DNA of 24,550 nucleotides from Perkinsus olseni (Eukaryota): NCBI GenBank assembly GCA_013115125.1, contig JABANN010000012.1, positions 124,001 to 148,550 of the forward strand, read 5' to 3'. Shown piece by piece: positions 1 to 9,864 of this stretch (position 1 is its first letter; each line of letters starts with the position of its first letter). The notes under the pieces were generated by a model. It saw only the letters and a program-made list of their open reading frames with translations, ran no database searches and was not told where the DNA came from. The position numbers and the translations under genes were made by a program.

Positions 1-788
1 AACAACAATGGGCGAGCAACGGGGGCGTTACATGTCTGAGATGCAATGGCGATAGCATTAGCCATGACCGCAGAACTGCGAGCTCCCAACCCTGCACGAC
101 AGCAATCAACAAGATACTCCACCTCGCGTGTTCATTAATACCCGTGATTTTGAGGTTCTTATCACTCCTGATAAGCCGTACTATCCTGTCAGCGAGGTCC
201 TCAGCATTCATCTCGGGGATCACCAGAATATCCGACCACCCTCTGTGATCGGCAGGGTGGCCTCGGGTGCTGATCTTCGCCCCTATCCATATCTCATTGC
301 CCGCCTCCATCCCGGCCCGTCGTTCAAACTCCTCCCTCTGCTCCGGAGTCGGCCACTCCGTAGGAGGCCCTCGAAAGGTTAAGTCTATCTGTTTACTAGC
401 ACGATAAGCTGATGCTGTGACGGCCTTCAGCGACATGAGTATCGAGTTGGGATGCCGCTGAAAGAGGCATCCCTAGCAGCAGCCACGTTCGCCACCTACT
501 CCTCGTAGAACGACGGTGCCGTGCTGATTCCTCAAGGTATGCGCAAGAAGGACCACCACTTCGTTAAGCTCTGAGACGGGGAGGTGCGAGACGTCGACGT
601 GAATCGAAGAGCTCACCAGCCTCCTTTTTGATTCTGAATTGGAAGTCCGACTCGGCCATGTCCCGCTCAGCTGGCTTCAGAATCATCGATCGACGGTCTC
701 CAACACTGGTTGAGAAAAACGAAAAGCGGAGGGCGCTGTTCATCCGATGGAGGCCCCTTCGGATGAGCAGCCTAGAGAGGAGCAGCAT
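1..788 (-). CDS. Double SpoVS-like domain protein, paralog E (3' end runs off the window)
   Basis: ATG 788; GT-AG introns 616-571, 499-458, 141-92 and one starting at 31. Spliced product MLLLSRLLIRRGLHR...FQFRIKKEAELNEVVVLLAHTLRNQHGTVVLRGRHPNSILMSLKAVTASAYRASKQIDLTFRGPP...EIWIG...ILVIPEMNAEDLADRIVRLIRSDKNLKITGLGARSSAVMANAIAIAS. It aligns by eye to paralogs A-D and to the SpoVS pattern (LKVS..S.P..VAGALAG.LR....EIQAIGAGALNQAVKAIAIA). Confidence 0.75.
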
Positions 789-893
789 TGTCGACAGAAT
801 TCACACCTACGAGGGACAACACTGATCTGGGACAGCGTAAGCGCTAAGATCACTCAACAACGGGTGCAGCACAGAAACGACACTCGCATGGCG

Positions 894-2088
894 TCAATGC
901 GTAGCCTTCAACTCTATTTTACGGCGATGTTTCCATTCAGTGAAGAGAGGGTTGTAAGTATCGGGCTGCGGCGCCAGACGAAGGAGAAAATCCACGCCGG
1001 GGTTGGTGATGGTACCAGCCTTCTCACGCTTGTCCTTCATGTCACTCAAGGCTAAAAGAAGAGCATCTCGAGGAGCTGCCGGTAGGGCAGTGACTGCAAG
1101 AGCTAACAGCAATCGTTTTGCCGAGAGCCCCACCTCCCCTCCTCTTGAACTGGATAGACGTGGGCTTGATACGAGCCAGCAACTCGTGATTTTCGTACCC
1201 CTCAGCATCGTTGCCTGACACTGTAACGGTGATGACAGTGACTCCTCACACATCCTACACAGTCGCCCCGTCCGAGCCAGCAGCTCCGCGATGAGGGCCA
1301 GGCGGACATTAGTCGTGGTTGTGACCACACCTACAGAGGCGGGCAGATCAGTCCAACGGTCAGCAGTAGCGTCAGAAGCTCACTGAGTATGATACGAAGA
1401 TTCACTTGCTTCTTCTCCTTCGTCAATATGTCCGCCATCTTCCCTGCCTCTGCCTCCATCTCCCAACCCTTCTCCAGTTTGATCTCCACTGGCTCGATTG
1501 CCTGTATGTTCGATCGGCCCCCCTTGGGTTGGATACGGCCATGTATCCAGAGCTCAGGTTGGCTAGCCTCCCCTGCGGAGGAGCTGCGCCATGACAATCC
1601 CCTGGAGGACCCCCACCCTCTTCCTCCTCCCCTGGCTGTCCCCCAGACGGTCTCTGAGGCGGCGGTCCACTGCTGATGACTTCGATCGATCCACCATTGC
1701 GGACTTTCGGGCACATGTCGATGAAGGTCTTGAGGGCCTTGCCAGCTCTCACTGGAACACCCTGGCAGCACCAGCATCACCACGTCGGTTACTAGACGCC
1801 ACTTCCTCACCACAGCCCGCATTGTCGCTAAGTCACCAGCCTTCCTGAATCGCTTAGGAAGGATCTCACAGACGTTAACAGGATCTGAAGGGAGGTGATC
1901 AACCCATAATGGCTGAGACCCTTACGGCAGAAGTTGGTGTACTCGAAGTTCACGGGGCTCCACATCGCGAAGGGTGGGCACCGCGCTAGCTGTCCGGGTG
2001 GCGGAAGGCTGAAGGCCAGCCGGCAAGGGGACGCTCGTAGCATCCCCCGTAATACTGGAGAGGCATGCCGTGCTGAGGCGACCGGCAT
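894..2088 (-). CDS. Double SpoVS-like domain protein, paralog D (most divergent)
   Basis: ATG 2088; introns 1925-1885, 1810-1762, 1616-1573, 1383-1331, 1258-1215, 1133-1094 (last acceptor uncertain); stop 894-896. Product includes FEYTNFCHPVNVCEILPKRFRKAGDLATMRAVGVPVRAGKALKTF...IEVISSGPP...ELWIH...IKLEKGWEMEAEAGKMADILTKEKKQVNLRI...LALIAELLARTG...LLARIKP...GVDFLLRLAP. Intron positions and phases match the other paralogs. Confidence 0.7.
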
Positions 2089-2206
2089 TGCCTGAGGAAT
2101 AACGTCCCACAAAGTGGGCTTGGATGATAACACGGTGAGGTGACCGCCCTGACGCAGCGCTAGGGAGGTGCTCAGAAACAGTAATCAGCTGCCATGCTCC
2201 CATAGG

Positions 2207-3385
2207 TCAACTGTCGGAATTATTCTTAACGAGGTGACAAGTGAATTCAACTGCCGTGATGAGGACCTTGTGCTGGCCGCCGCCACCGCTCTCGGTGGCA
2301 TTATCAACACTGGACTCCCTCGCATCGCCACTACTCTCGGGGACACCCTCCGCGACAGTCGGCGCCTCGGCATGATCATCTCCTGTAGATTCATCGTGAT
2401 TGTCCTCATCTGAGAGACGTGGAGAAAGTGGTAAGATCACGTAAGGGGGCAAGATGGCTCACTTTGCTCTGATGGAGCTCCCCGAGCGTTGACGGCCCTC
2501 AAAGACGTCCGTACGCTCGTTACAATCCTCCCACGGTCCTTCACATCATCGAAGGTTTCGCCTGAGGCCACGGCACTTCATCATCACCACAATGAACCCG
2601 CTGCTGCTGACGCTACAATGATGGCTGGATATAGTAATGGCGTTAGCTATTTTGATGATACCAGCACCACTAAAACCTGAAGGGGCATGCTGCCCGTTCG
2701 GTTAAGACAGGCGGCAAGTAGCTTACCTGCCATTCGGACGGTCTTCCCCTGCAAAAGGGAGTTGGTGATGGCACCGGCCATCTTGTGGGCCGGCGTCGAG
2801 TGACCCACGACGATGTCCTGTATCTCGGCAGCGGCCGCGTCTTGGCTCTCCCGCAACCTCTGCCGGAAGCCTTGCCTGGATACGGCTATCCACAGGTCCC
2901 CTCCCCCTCGATCTGACAACAAAAATGAAAGGTCGTGGGCGGAGCGAAGCTCTACCCGGAATGCCATCATCCGGCGGGCCTGTGAGTGTAACCTCTAGTG
3001 GTATGGTTTGGCCTCTCCGGGACGACGCATAGGCCACAGACCTCAGCGCTCGGCCGACAGCATTAGCCCCGAGCTGACCAATAAAAAGCTTCTACTGAAC
3101 GTCCCTCCTGCTCGACCCACCGCCTGCAGCACAACCATGTTGGGTCTGTTCGGTGTGCCGAGCCTCTGACGGATGAACGGTGCCAGGTCGGTTGGATCTG
3201 ACAGGTGAACGTATGCCCAACCTATGGGAGAGTTCAGCACCTGCCGATGAGGTGACTCTCAGACGGTCTTCCGCCTGCTGCATCTCCTTGGTGGCCAGAG
3301 TCCGGAAGTCCCGCCTGGCCCCCAGAGAGCACGACACTACGCCAACATGGTGTGTTACGGTGGCCCTGCGGCAGAGTGTGAGCAT
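2207..3385 (-). CDS. Double SpoVS-like domain protein, paralog C
   Basis: ATG 3385; introns 3240-3198, 3120-3074, 2955-2913, 2726-2677, 2616-2562, 2462-2410; stop 2207-2209. Domain 1: RLRVTSSADPTDLAPFIRQRLG...VVLQALGANAVGRALRSVAYASSRRGQTIPLEVTLTG. Domain 2: IVVGHSTPAHKMAGAITNSLLQGKTVRMAGFSGAGIIKIANAITISS...RIVTSVR...ITAVEFTCHL. This is the closest visual match to bacterial SpoVS. Confidence 0.8.
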
Positions 3386-3474
3386 CTTAGATCAAACTCC
3401 CACTGCCCACGTTATTGAAGGGAGCATCAACCCAAGACTGAGCGGGCAGAAACATATCTTGGAGACAGTCATGG

Positions 3475-4631
3475 TCATCGATGCACAGCACCATTAAGCT
3501 CGAGTATTCTCGACCGGGAGGGGGCCTCGGGCACCTCGTCCTCCCTATTGGTGAGATCACGTCGTCGCTCCTGCTCGGCAGAGTCGCTGCTAGCGTGCTC
3601 TTCCAAGGCGACGTAGATCTCCACGACGCCTTTGGGTCCCCGATCGTGCCCAGCGCCTGAGGATCCGAGGTCGTGGACGAAGCTGGCGATGACGATTGGC
3701 GTACTCGGAGCCCGTGCGGCCACAAACCTCGGCCAACACACTAGGAGTCCCGGGCCTCGCCGGGCATCGGGTCGTGGCTGTCGGCTCTCAGAGACTGAGC
3801 AGTAACATTTTCGAAGAGCCCTAGTGAAGAAGGAACGAGCCTACAATGCCGGCCGCTGATCGCTAGGGCTTCGGTCATCTTCTTCAGGCAGTGGGGGCCG
3901 GCGCCTAGCAGAGAGAGGTCGATTTCGGGAAGGAGTGGTACGGAGGCCTTACCCTGCAACCGGACAACGTTCCCCTGCTCGATCGAAGTTGATATTGAGC
4001 CCGCCAAGGGGGCAGGCTTTGTGTGGTTAGATACCACCATAGTCTCCACACTGTCGTGAGCGAAGAGGTTTGGGTCCTTAGACCGATAGGAGCTCAGCCA
4101 GAGCACTGTACTAGGGCCTCCTGAAAGGAGGAGGGGCTGCGGCTGCACGGCCGTCAGGGGCTACTCACCCCTCCTCCCGACCTCATCTGGAGGGGCACCC
4201 GAGACTACTAAATGGCAAGTACGTGATCGCGGAGCGTTGGCCTCTATGAAGCCCTTGACGGCCACCGCTGCTGCCGCAACGCCTTGCTGGAGAGAGAAGC
4301 GTCACCATTCGCTACTGGACCCGAGGATCGCTCACCGCTTGCAAGACCACAGTATGGCGATTGCTCATAGACACTTTCATGATGAGGTCTCCAATGTCTA
4401 TTGGATCTGACACCACCAGTGACTAGGAAGCAGCAGGAGGGGCTGCTGTCGCCTACGAGCCTCAGCCTCGACTTTGAACTTGAATTGGGAATCTATCGCG
4501 AACTGTGGCGGCGGCAGGCGATAGACGGGCCGTGAGGGTCCTGCTGTTGCTGTGTTCAATAGTGTATGACGGCCGTGACGTACTGAAGGCCCCGAGACGT
4601 CACACCGGAGCAGTCGCGAGATGGCGATCAT
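3475..4631 (-). CDS. Double SpoVS-like domain protein, paralog B
   Basis: ATG 4631; introns 4456-4407, 4335-4286, 4168-4121, 3952-3905, 3844-3795 (possibly one more in-frame intron); stop 3475-3477. Domain 1: FKFKVEAEAHPIDIGDLIMKVSMSNRHTVVLQAQGVAAAAVAVKGF. Domain 2: TMVVSNHTKPAPLAGSISTSIEQGNVVRLQGAGPHCLKKMTEALAISG...LLVCWPRF...GVVEIYVAL (compare SpoVS DLICIPAF...AIKLIV). Confidence 0.8.
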
Positions 4632-4764
4632 GACGGCTGAGTGGACTCCAAAGGAAGAAGGCGACTGATTATCCGGGGCTTGTACGCTTCCATCTCTTGA
4701 AAGAGAGGGGCTACGAGAGGGTCAAACAACAGCGATCTAGGTTATTGCAGAAACAAGTACCATC

Positions 4765-5919
4765 TCATCCAGCTACACCCTTGGAGGTATCGTCACCACT
4801 GATGCTGTCCATGGTGACCTCAGCATCATTCGCCTCGTCTTCACTGTGTGGCTGTGCTGCTGCTGCTGCCGAGGAACTGCTGCTGCTGCCTTGAATCGGC
4901 CCCTCCTTCAAACGCACCAGAATTTGCATGACTCTGATGCGATTTGGCCGCGGCGGCACCGTCGTGTCACCACTAGGGCTGCCATCACCACCGGCATGGT
5001 CGGCATCCTCCCCGTCTCGAGACACTGTTGCATCGGCTTCGACTAGGATGGTCCGAAGCCGACAGACTAAATGCGCTGATGGTCGGCCCTCTTCTCCGTT
5101 GACTGAGAGGCATGCATCACCATGGCAGTGCCAACGCTCCTACAGTGAGCCCCAGCTATAGCAATGCCATCAGCCATCTTGGCGATGGTCACAGCACTAG
5201 AACCTACGAAACGGGGGAAATGTGGTACCCACACATAAGAGGTATTGCCCGAGGTGTCAGCAGATCTCACCTTGCAGTAACGCTACACCTTCTTCCTTCA
5301 ACTTGTGGGAGATGAACCCACCCAAGCTGGCTGATTGGGTTTTGGCACCGACCCTGATGGGTTCCTTGGGCACCACGCTAGGGCTGCCTTCTTCCTCAGG
5401 CTTCATCGCTGCTATCCACAGCTCTCGGCTACGGCCTCCTGAAGGCAGCAGCCCTGCAACCTACCACCAGGAGGTAACCGCAGACCAACCGAAAGCCCCT
5501 TCAGTGTCTGCTGGCGCCCCCGTGACAAGAACGTCGATGGGCCGATCTCTGATACGACTTGCGTGTGCTATTGACTTGAGGACTGTCGAGACTGGTGTTA
5601 TACCGTGCTGAAGCAGCAAGAACAAGATGGCCGATGCTTCGCACAGGAGGTGACCCACCCCTTGCATCACTAGGAGGTCCCCTGGGTAGTTGAGAAAGCC
5701 CCAGAGGGAATCCCCGAGCTCTCGTACATCTGATGCCAATCGGTAGGGGCAAGGAGACAAGGACAGGACCTCACCTATTTCGTTGGACACACGAAACCTA
5801 TTCTCTGCCTCTTGCATCACGCGGTTGGCTGGGATACGGCTGAAGGGTGCCGTCTGGAGGAGCCCACGGAGTCGAGGGCCCCGTAGAACGAAAGAGAGGG
5901 ACCGAGGCCAAGACAGCAT
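4765..5919 (-). CDS. Double SpoVS-like domain protein, paralog A
   Basis: ATG 5919; introns 5774-5730, 5658-5608, 5489-5439, 5270-5204, 5143-5103; stop 4765-4767 (an extra terminal exon is not excluded). Product MLSWPRSLSFVLRGPRLRGLL...RFRVSNEIDVRELGDSLWGFLNYPGDLLVMQGHGITPVSTVLKSIAHASRIRDRPIDVLVTG...ELWIA...IRVGAKTQSASLGGFISHKLKEEGVALLQGSSAVTIAKMADGIAIAG...HLVCRLRT...RVMQILVRL. Confidence 0.8.
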
Positions 5920-6156
5920 CTAGCAAGACCACGAGCCCTTATGAGATTGGTGCACTTCAGCGCCTCCAGGGAGGGCAGGCGCTCCCTGATACAAACTGAT
6001 TGAAAAACCGAAAACCAACAAAGAGAAGAGAAACAATACTACTGCGATGTAACAAACTAGGAAGAGTGTCAACAAATGCCGGATTGTGAAGATGGGCGAC
6101 CTTATGCAAGCAGGAACGCCATCGGAAGTCCGAAGAACGGACGGAACACTGGTGAA

Positions 6157-7688
6157 CTACGCGTCCGCATGGACTGCAGCGGACTCGGTACTGCCAGAAG
6201 ATTGGCCCTTGCTAGCTTCGGCGACCTCGGCAATATCGTGCATCTTCCGAGTGATGACTTTCTCGGTGTCACCGAAGAAGAAGTGCTCCAATTCGACGTG
6301 GCTTCTGTAACTGGCGTTGTTGTCGAGACGCAGGTTTCTGAGAAGACCAATAATAGATTATCGATGGCCACTCGATGCTGCTTATGTGAGAGCCCTACCC
6401 AGTCGCACTTACCCAGCAGCGGCCACTTCGCGTCTGGTCTTCTCGGCAAAATCATGAACAGAAGTGTCGGGATCTGGGGTGACTGGCGGCAGCCAATGGA
6501 CAGTACACGTGAGAGAGAACCACGGCGGGAGGGCCATTACGAGGAATACGTGCGGGATGATGCCCAGGCAGGTGAAGCTGAGGTTCAGATTGGAGTACTC
6601 TAGATACACCGGTTGGACCTGTCGTCAGGCGAGTCGTCGTTGTGAAGGGTATCTTAGGTCGACTTACGGGTAACATACTGTCGAATGCACCATCATGGTA
6701 ATGCATCAGACAGGTACCATTAGAAGTAGTCCCCTCAGCAAATACACATAGTTGATAACGAGACCTGCCCTCCATTACACCTGACCACCACCAAGGCTCA
6801 TTTAAGGCCCGCCCCTCTGCGGCGGTGTCTTACGTCTTTGCTTGTCGGCAATAGCATTCATTACTTGTTTCCTCTCCTTCGGGTCCTTAGCTCTGCTCAC
6901 GTACCTAAAGATACCTCGTGCGCACGGGGAAGATTCGAGCTCGCCAGTTGCCTACACGCTCCCCAGGGAAGTGCAAATATCACCGGAGACCGGATACTTG
7001 GCTACGGCCTTCTTGGCAACGAACGCCACGGGTACACTCCGTGACAGCATTATCTACAGCAGGCCGACTTTAACAGTATCCTGAGCGGAGCGAAGCAGAC
7101 CTACCAGTATGTCGAAGTAGGATACATGATTAGATACAATCGTTGGGATCTCGCTGGCAGGCAGCCTTTCTCCCTGCTCTCGTACAGTTATACCTGAGGA
7201 TGGCGATCGTCGCCGAAGGTGGGTGGTGAGCTGGACGGGCCTGCCTGCTATTTTGACTAACGCGCCGCAGCAGTAGCTGAGGAGCTTGAGGAAGATTTGG
7301 GTAGGGAGGAAGTACAACCCGAAAAGGGCGATGACGTGGATGAAAATGACAGCTATGAATTTGACAGGCACTATGGTTACAGCCAGGACCTGACACCAGG
7401 ACTGCAGTGAGGCTGTTAGGCATATGGAAGGGCTGCTACCATTATTGATACAAAATTGGATCGGAGAGACCCAGGTCGAGTGAAGGCCTTCCAGTCACTA
7501 GGGACTTCGCCTGAAACAGTCACAGTCGATGCGCAGCCCAGGGCCGGTGGGTAGGGCTTACCGAAGGCACTGATGATTCTCTCAGTGCTACACTTCTTAG
7601 CATCTGCATATCCTCGGCCAACAGCGTAGACACATAGTGCTGTGGTGAGGAGGTATACAGCTAGGAGGAGTATAGTAGGCCATGACAT
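6157..7688 (-). CDS. Lysophospholipid acyltransferase (LPCAT/LPEAT, PlsC family), downstream copy
   Basis: Multi-exon; ATG 7688 (MSWPTILLLAVYLL..., hydrophobic N-terminus). Catalytic HX4D motif SNHVSYFD, motif II-like AFVAKKAV, motif III FAEGTTSNG. Last exon NLRLDNNASYRSH... ends at TAG 6157-6159. Confidence 0.88.
6592..6787. repeat. 196-bp segment nearly identical to 8597-8792
   Basis: Direct base-by-base comparison shows 2 mismatches in 196 nt, both inside an intron. Confidence 0.95.
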
Positions 7689-7707
7689 AACGGACGACGA
7701 CCACAAA

Positions 7708-8118
7708 TCAATACACGTCAACTGAGGGGAGGCTTAGGGTGCTCTCACAGCCGCTGGTAGAGGAGGACGAGTCTTGAATGAGTGACAGGCTCATTGAACA
7801 CAACAGTGTGCGAAGTGAGAAGGCTCTTTGGTTGAAGTAGCATCGAAAAGGAAGTGTTCTCCACGACGGAAGCACAACGACGAGAAATGGCGGTCTTCTA
7901 GCTGACCCTTCGAGTATCGAGCGAGGTACTTGCCACGACCAGCAGCGGCGGCGAGCTAGCAGCCGCTTCAAGAAGACGGTGTGTGATTCGGATGTGGGTT
8001 CAACGAACCAAGGGTATGAGCTGACCAAGGCCATGGCATTTACTCTGGCCTCCAGTTCCCAGAGGCGGTGCTCAGAATGCACAGAGCGGGCAGTAACAAA
8101 TCGCATAAGGAAGTGCAT
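7708..8118 (-). other. Possible small ORF or UTR between the acyltransferase copies
   Basis: Open frame from MHFLMRF... to 7708 fills the spacer. No recognisable motif, and the coding status is unsupported. Confidence 0.15.
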
Positions 8119-8161
8119 GACAGTGTTTCGGGAATGGTATACGAAGTTTGCGGGCGTATCT

Positions 8162-9864
8162 TCAGTCGCTGGCTGAGGTCTCTGCCGAGTTGCACGACGA
8201 CTTCCGCTCGAGGGCGGCCTCCTGACGTAGTTTGCCAGTGGCGACCTTGGCAGCATCACCGTAGAAGAAATCCGTTATCTCATAGTGGCCCTTCAGGTTG
8301 GAGCTATTGTCCAGCCGAAGCCCCCTAAGACGAATACCCAGTGACCAAGGCACTGCCCAGCTCCCAGCCCACTACCCTGCCTTAGCCACCTCATCTCTAG
8401 CCTTACCAGAGAATTCTCTCACAGTACTACCAGGACTCGGAGTGACCTGTGGGGAGATCGACAGACCGTAAGGAGGAGCACGGCCTACCTTTGGCAGCCA
8501 GTGAACTGTGCAAGTTATGGTACGCCATGGCGGAAGGGCCATGACGAGGAAGAAGTGAGGAAGCAGGTCGAAGCATGTAAAACTCAGGCGGAGGTCGGAG
8601 TACTCTAGATACACCGGTTGGACCTGTCGTAAGGCGAGTCGTCGTTGTGAAGGGTATCTTAGGCCGACTTACGGGTAACATACTGTCGAATGCACCATCA
8701 TGGTAATGCATCAGACAGGTACCATTAGAAGTAGTCCCCTCAGCAAATACACATAGTTGATAACGAGACCTGCCCTCCATTACACCTGACCATCAAAGAT
8801 ATTCGCGCACAGCAAAGATTCCGGTCAATGTACTCCTTTGTTTCTTCTCTATGATGCCCATGGTCTGATCTCTTTCCTCGGGGTCCTTGGTTCTGTCAAC
8901 GTATCTAAAAAAGTGAGCAATCCTAGCGGAGCGATGCATCCCCTTGCCTACACGCTGCCCAAGGAAGTGGCAATATCGCCGATAACTGGATACGCAGCCA
9001 CTGCCTTCTTTGCTACAAAAGATACTGGGTGGCTTCGGGAGAGCATAACCTAATCGAGGGGCCCGTAGACCGACCACTGTGAGGAGGGGCGACCTACGAG
9101 TATATCGAAGTAAGAGACGTGATTAGGGACGATGGTTGGGGTGTCGATGGATGGCAAACGCTCTCCTTTTTCACGAACCGTGATACCTGAGCAACGCTGG
9201 TAGTCGACGGATGGATTGCAACACTCTGGTGGAGCGCTGCTCCCTTGGATGAGAGTCAGCACTAAGAAAATGCGCTTTGCATGCCCCTAGGTCTCATCGA
9301 TGTGTCACTAGTTCTACCGGCAGTACTAGACGCATCCAAATTCCTGACCGAGGCAAGGTGCGACCTCGGATACTGCGCGTACAGTTGATATTGTCCACGT
9401 CGAATGCCTCAAGGCGCTGATGGTATTACCAAGGAACTTAAGGAACACTTTGCAGAAGAAGCTGAGCAGAGGTAGGAAGATGCTGGTCGGCAGTGTGTAG
9501 AGGCCCACAACGCCTGCTATGTGGAAGAGGACCACCACCACCAACTTAAAGGGGACAACGGTCACCGCGAGTAACTGCACATCGACTAGCGGCTTGACCC
9601 TCCCATAACGGTCCTACCATCAGTGAGGGGAGGCCCACGTCTAGAGAGGGCCGAAGGAAAGCAGCCCAGTCTGCCGGGACTCGACCTAATGAGGGCTCCA
9701 CTGCTCTACCGTATGATCCATTAAACAGCATTACCAAGCATGTTCGTTATCCTCCTCGTATCGCACTTCATAGCGTCAACATACCCATTGTAGACGTTAT
9801 AGATGCATAAAGCCGTGAGTAGGATATATGCTAGTCCAAATAGGAAGGGAACGATCCACGGCAT
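8162..9864 (-). CDS. Lysophospholipid acyltransferase (LPCAT/LPEAT, PlsC family), upstream copy
   Basis: ATG 9864 (MPWIVPFLFGLAYILLTALCIYNVYNGYVDAMKC, homologous to the other copy's N-terminus). Motifs PNHVSYFD and FAEGTTSNG. Last exon GLRLDNSSNLKGHYEITDFFYGD...SASD stops at 8162. Exon layout matches 6157-7688. Confidence 0.88.
8597..8792. repeat. 196-bp segment nearly identical to 6592-6787
   Basis: Direct base-by-base comparison shows 2 mismatches in 196 nt. Confidence 0.95.

Noticed and set aside
2546-5069. Earlier stop codons for paralogs C, B and A (2546, 3741, 5067)
   Set aside because: They are reached only if the conserved fifth intron is retained. Splicing it restores the last two SpoVS-like strands in each of these copies.
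5172-5183. AGCCATCTTGGC matches part of the Perkinsus spliced leader as I recall it
   Set aside because: Only 12 nt, antisense within a coding exon (AKMAD) of paralog A, with no SL RNA context.
1-5919. Bacterial contaminant or sporulation operon because of SpoVS similarity
   Set aside because: The genes are interrupted by spliceosomal introns and are contiguous with eukaryotic GPN1 and NOP16. No sporulation role is implied.
6076-6603. 175-aa plus-strand ORF
   Set aside because: Antisense shadow of acyltransferase exons. The same applies to most plus-strand ORFs in 1-12300 and minus-strand ORFs in 12600-20800.
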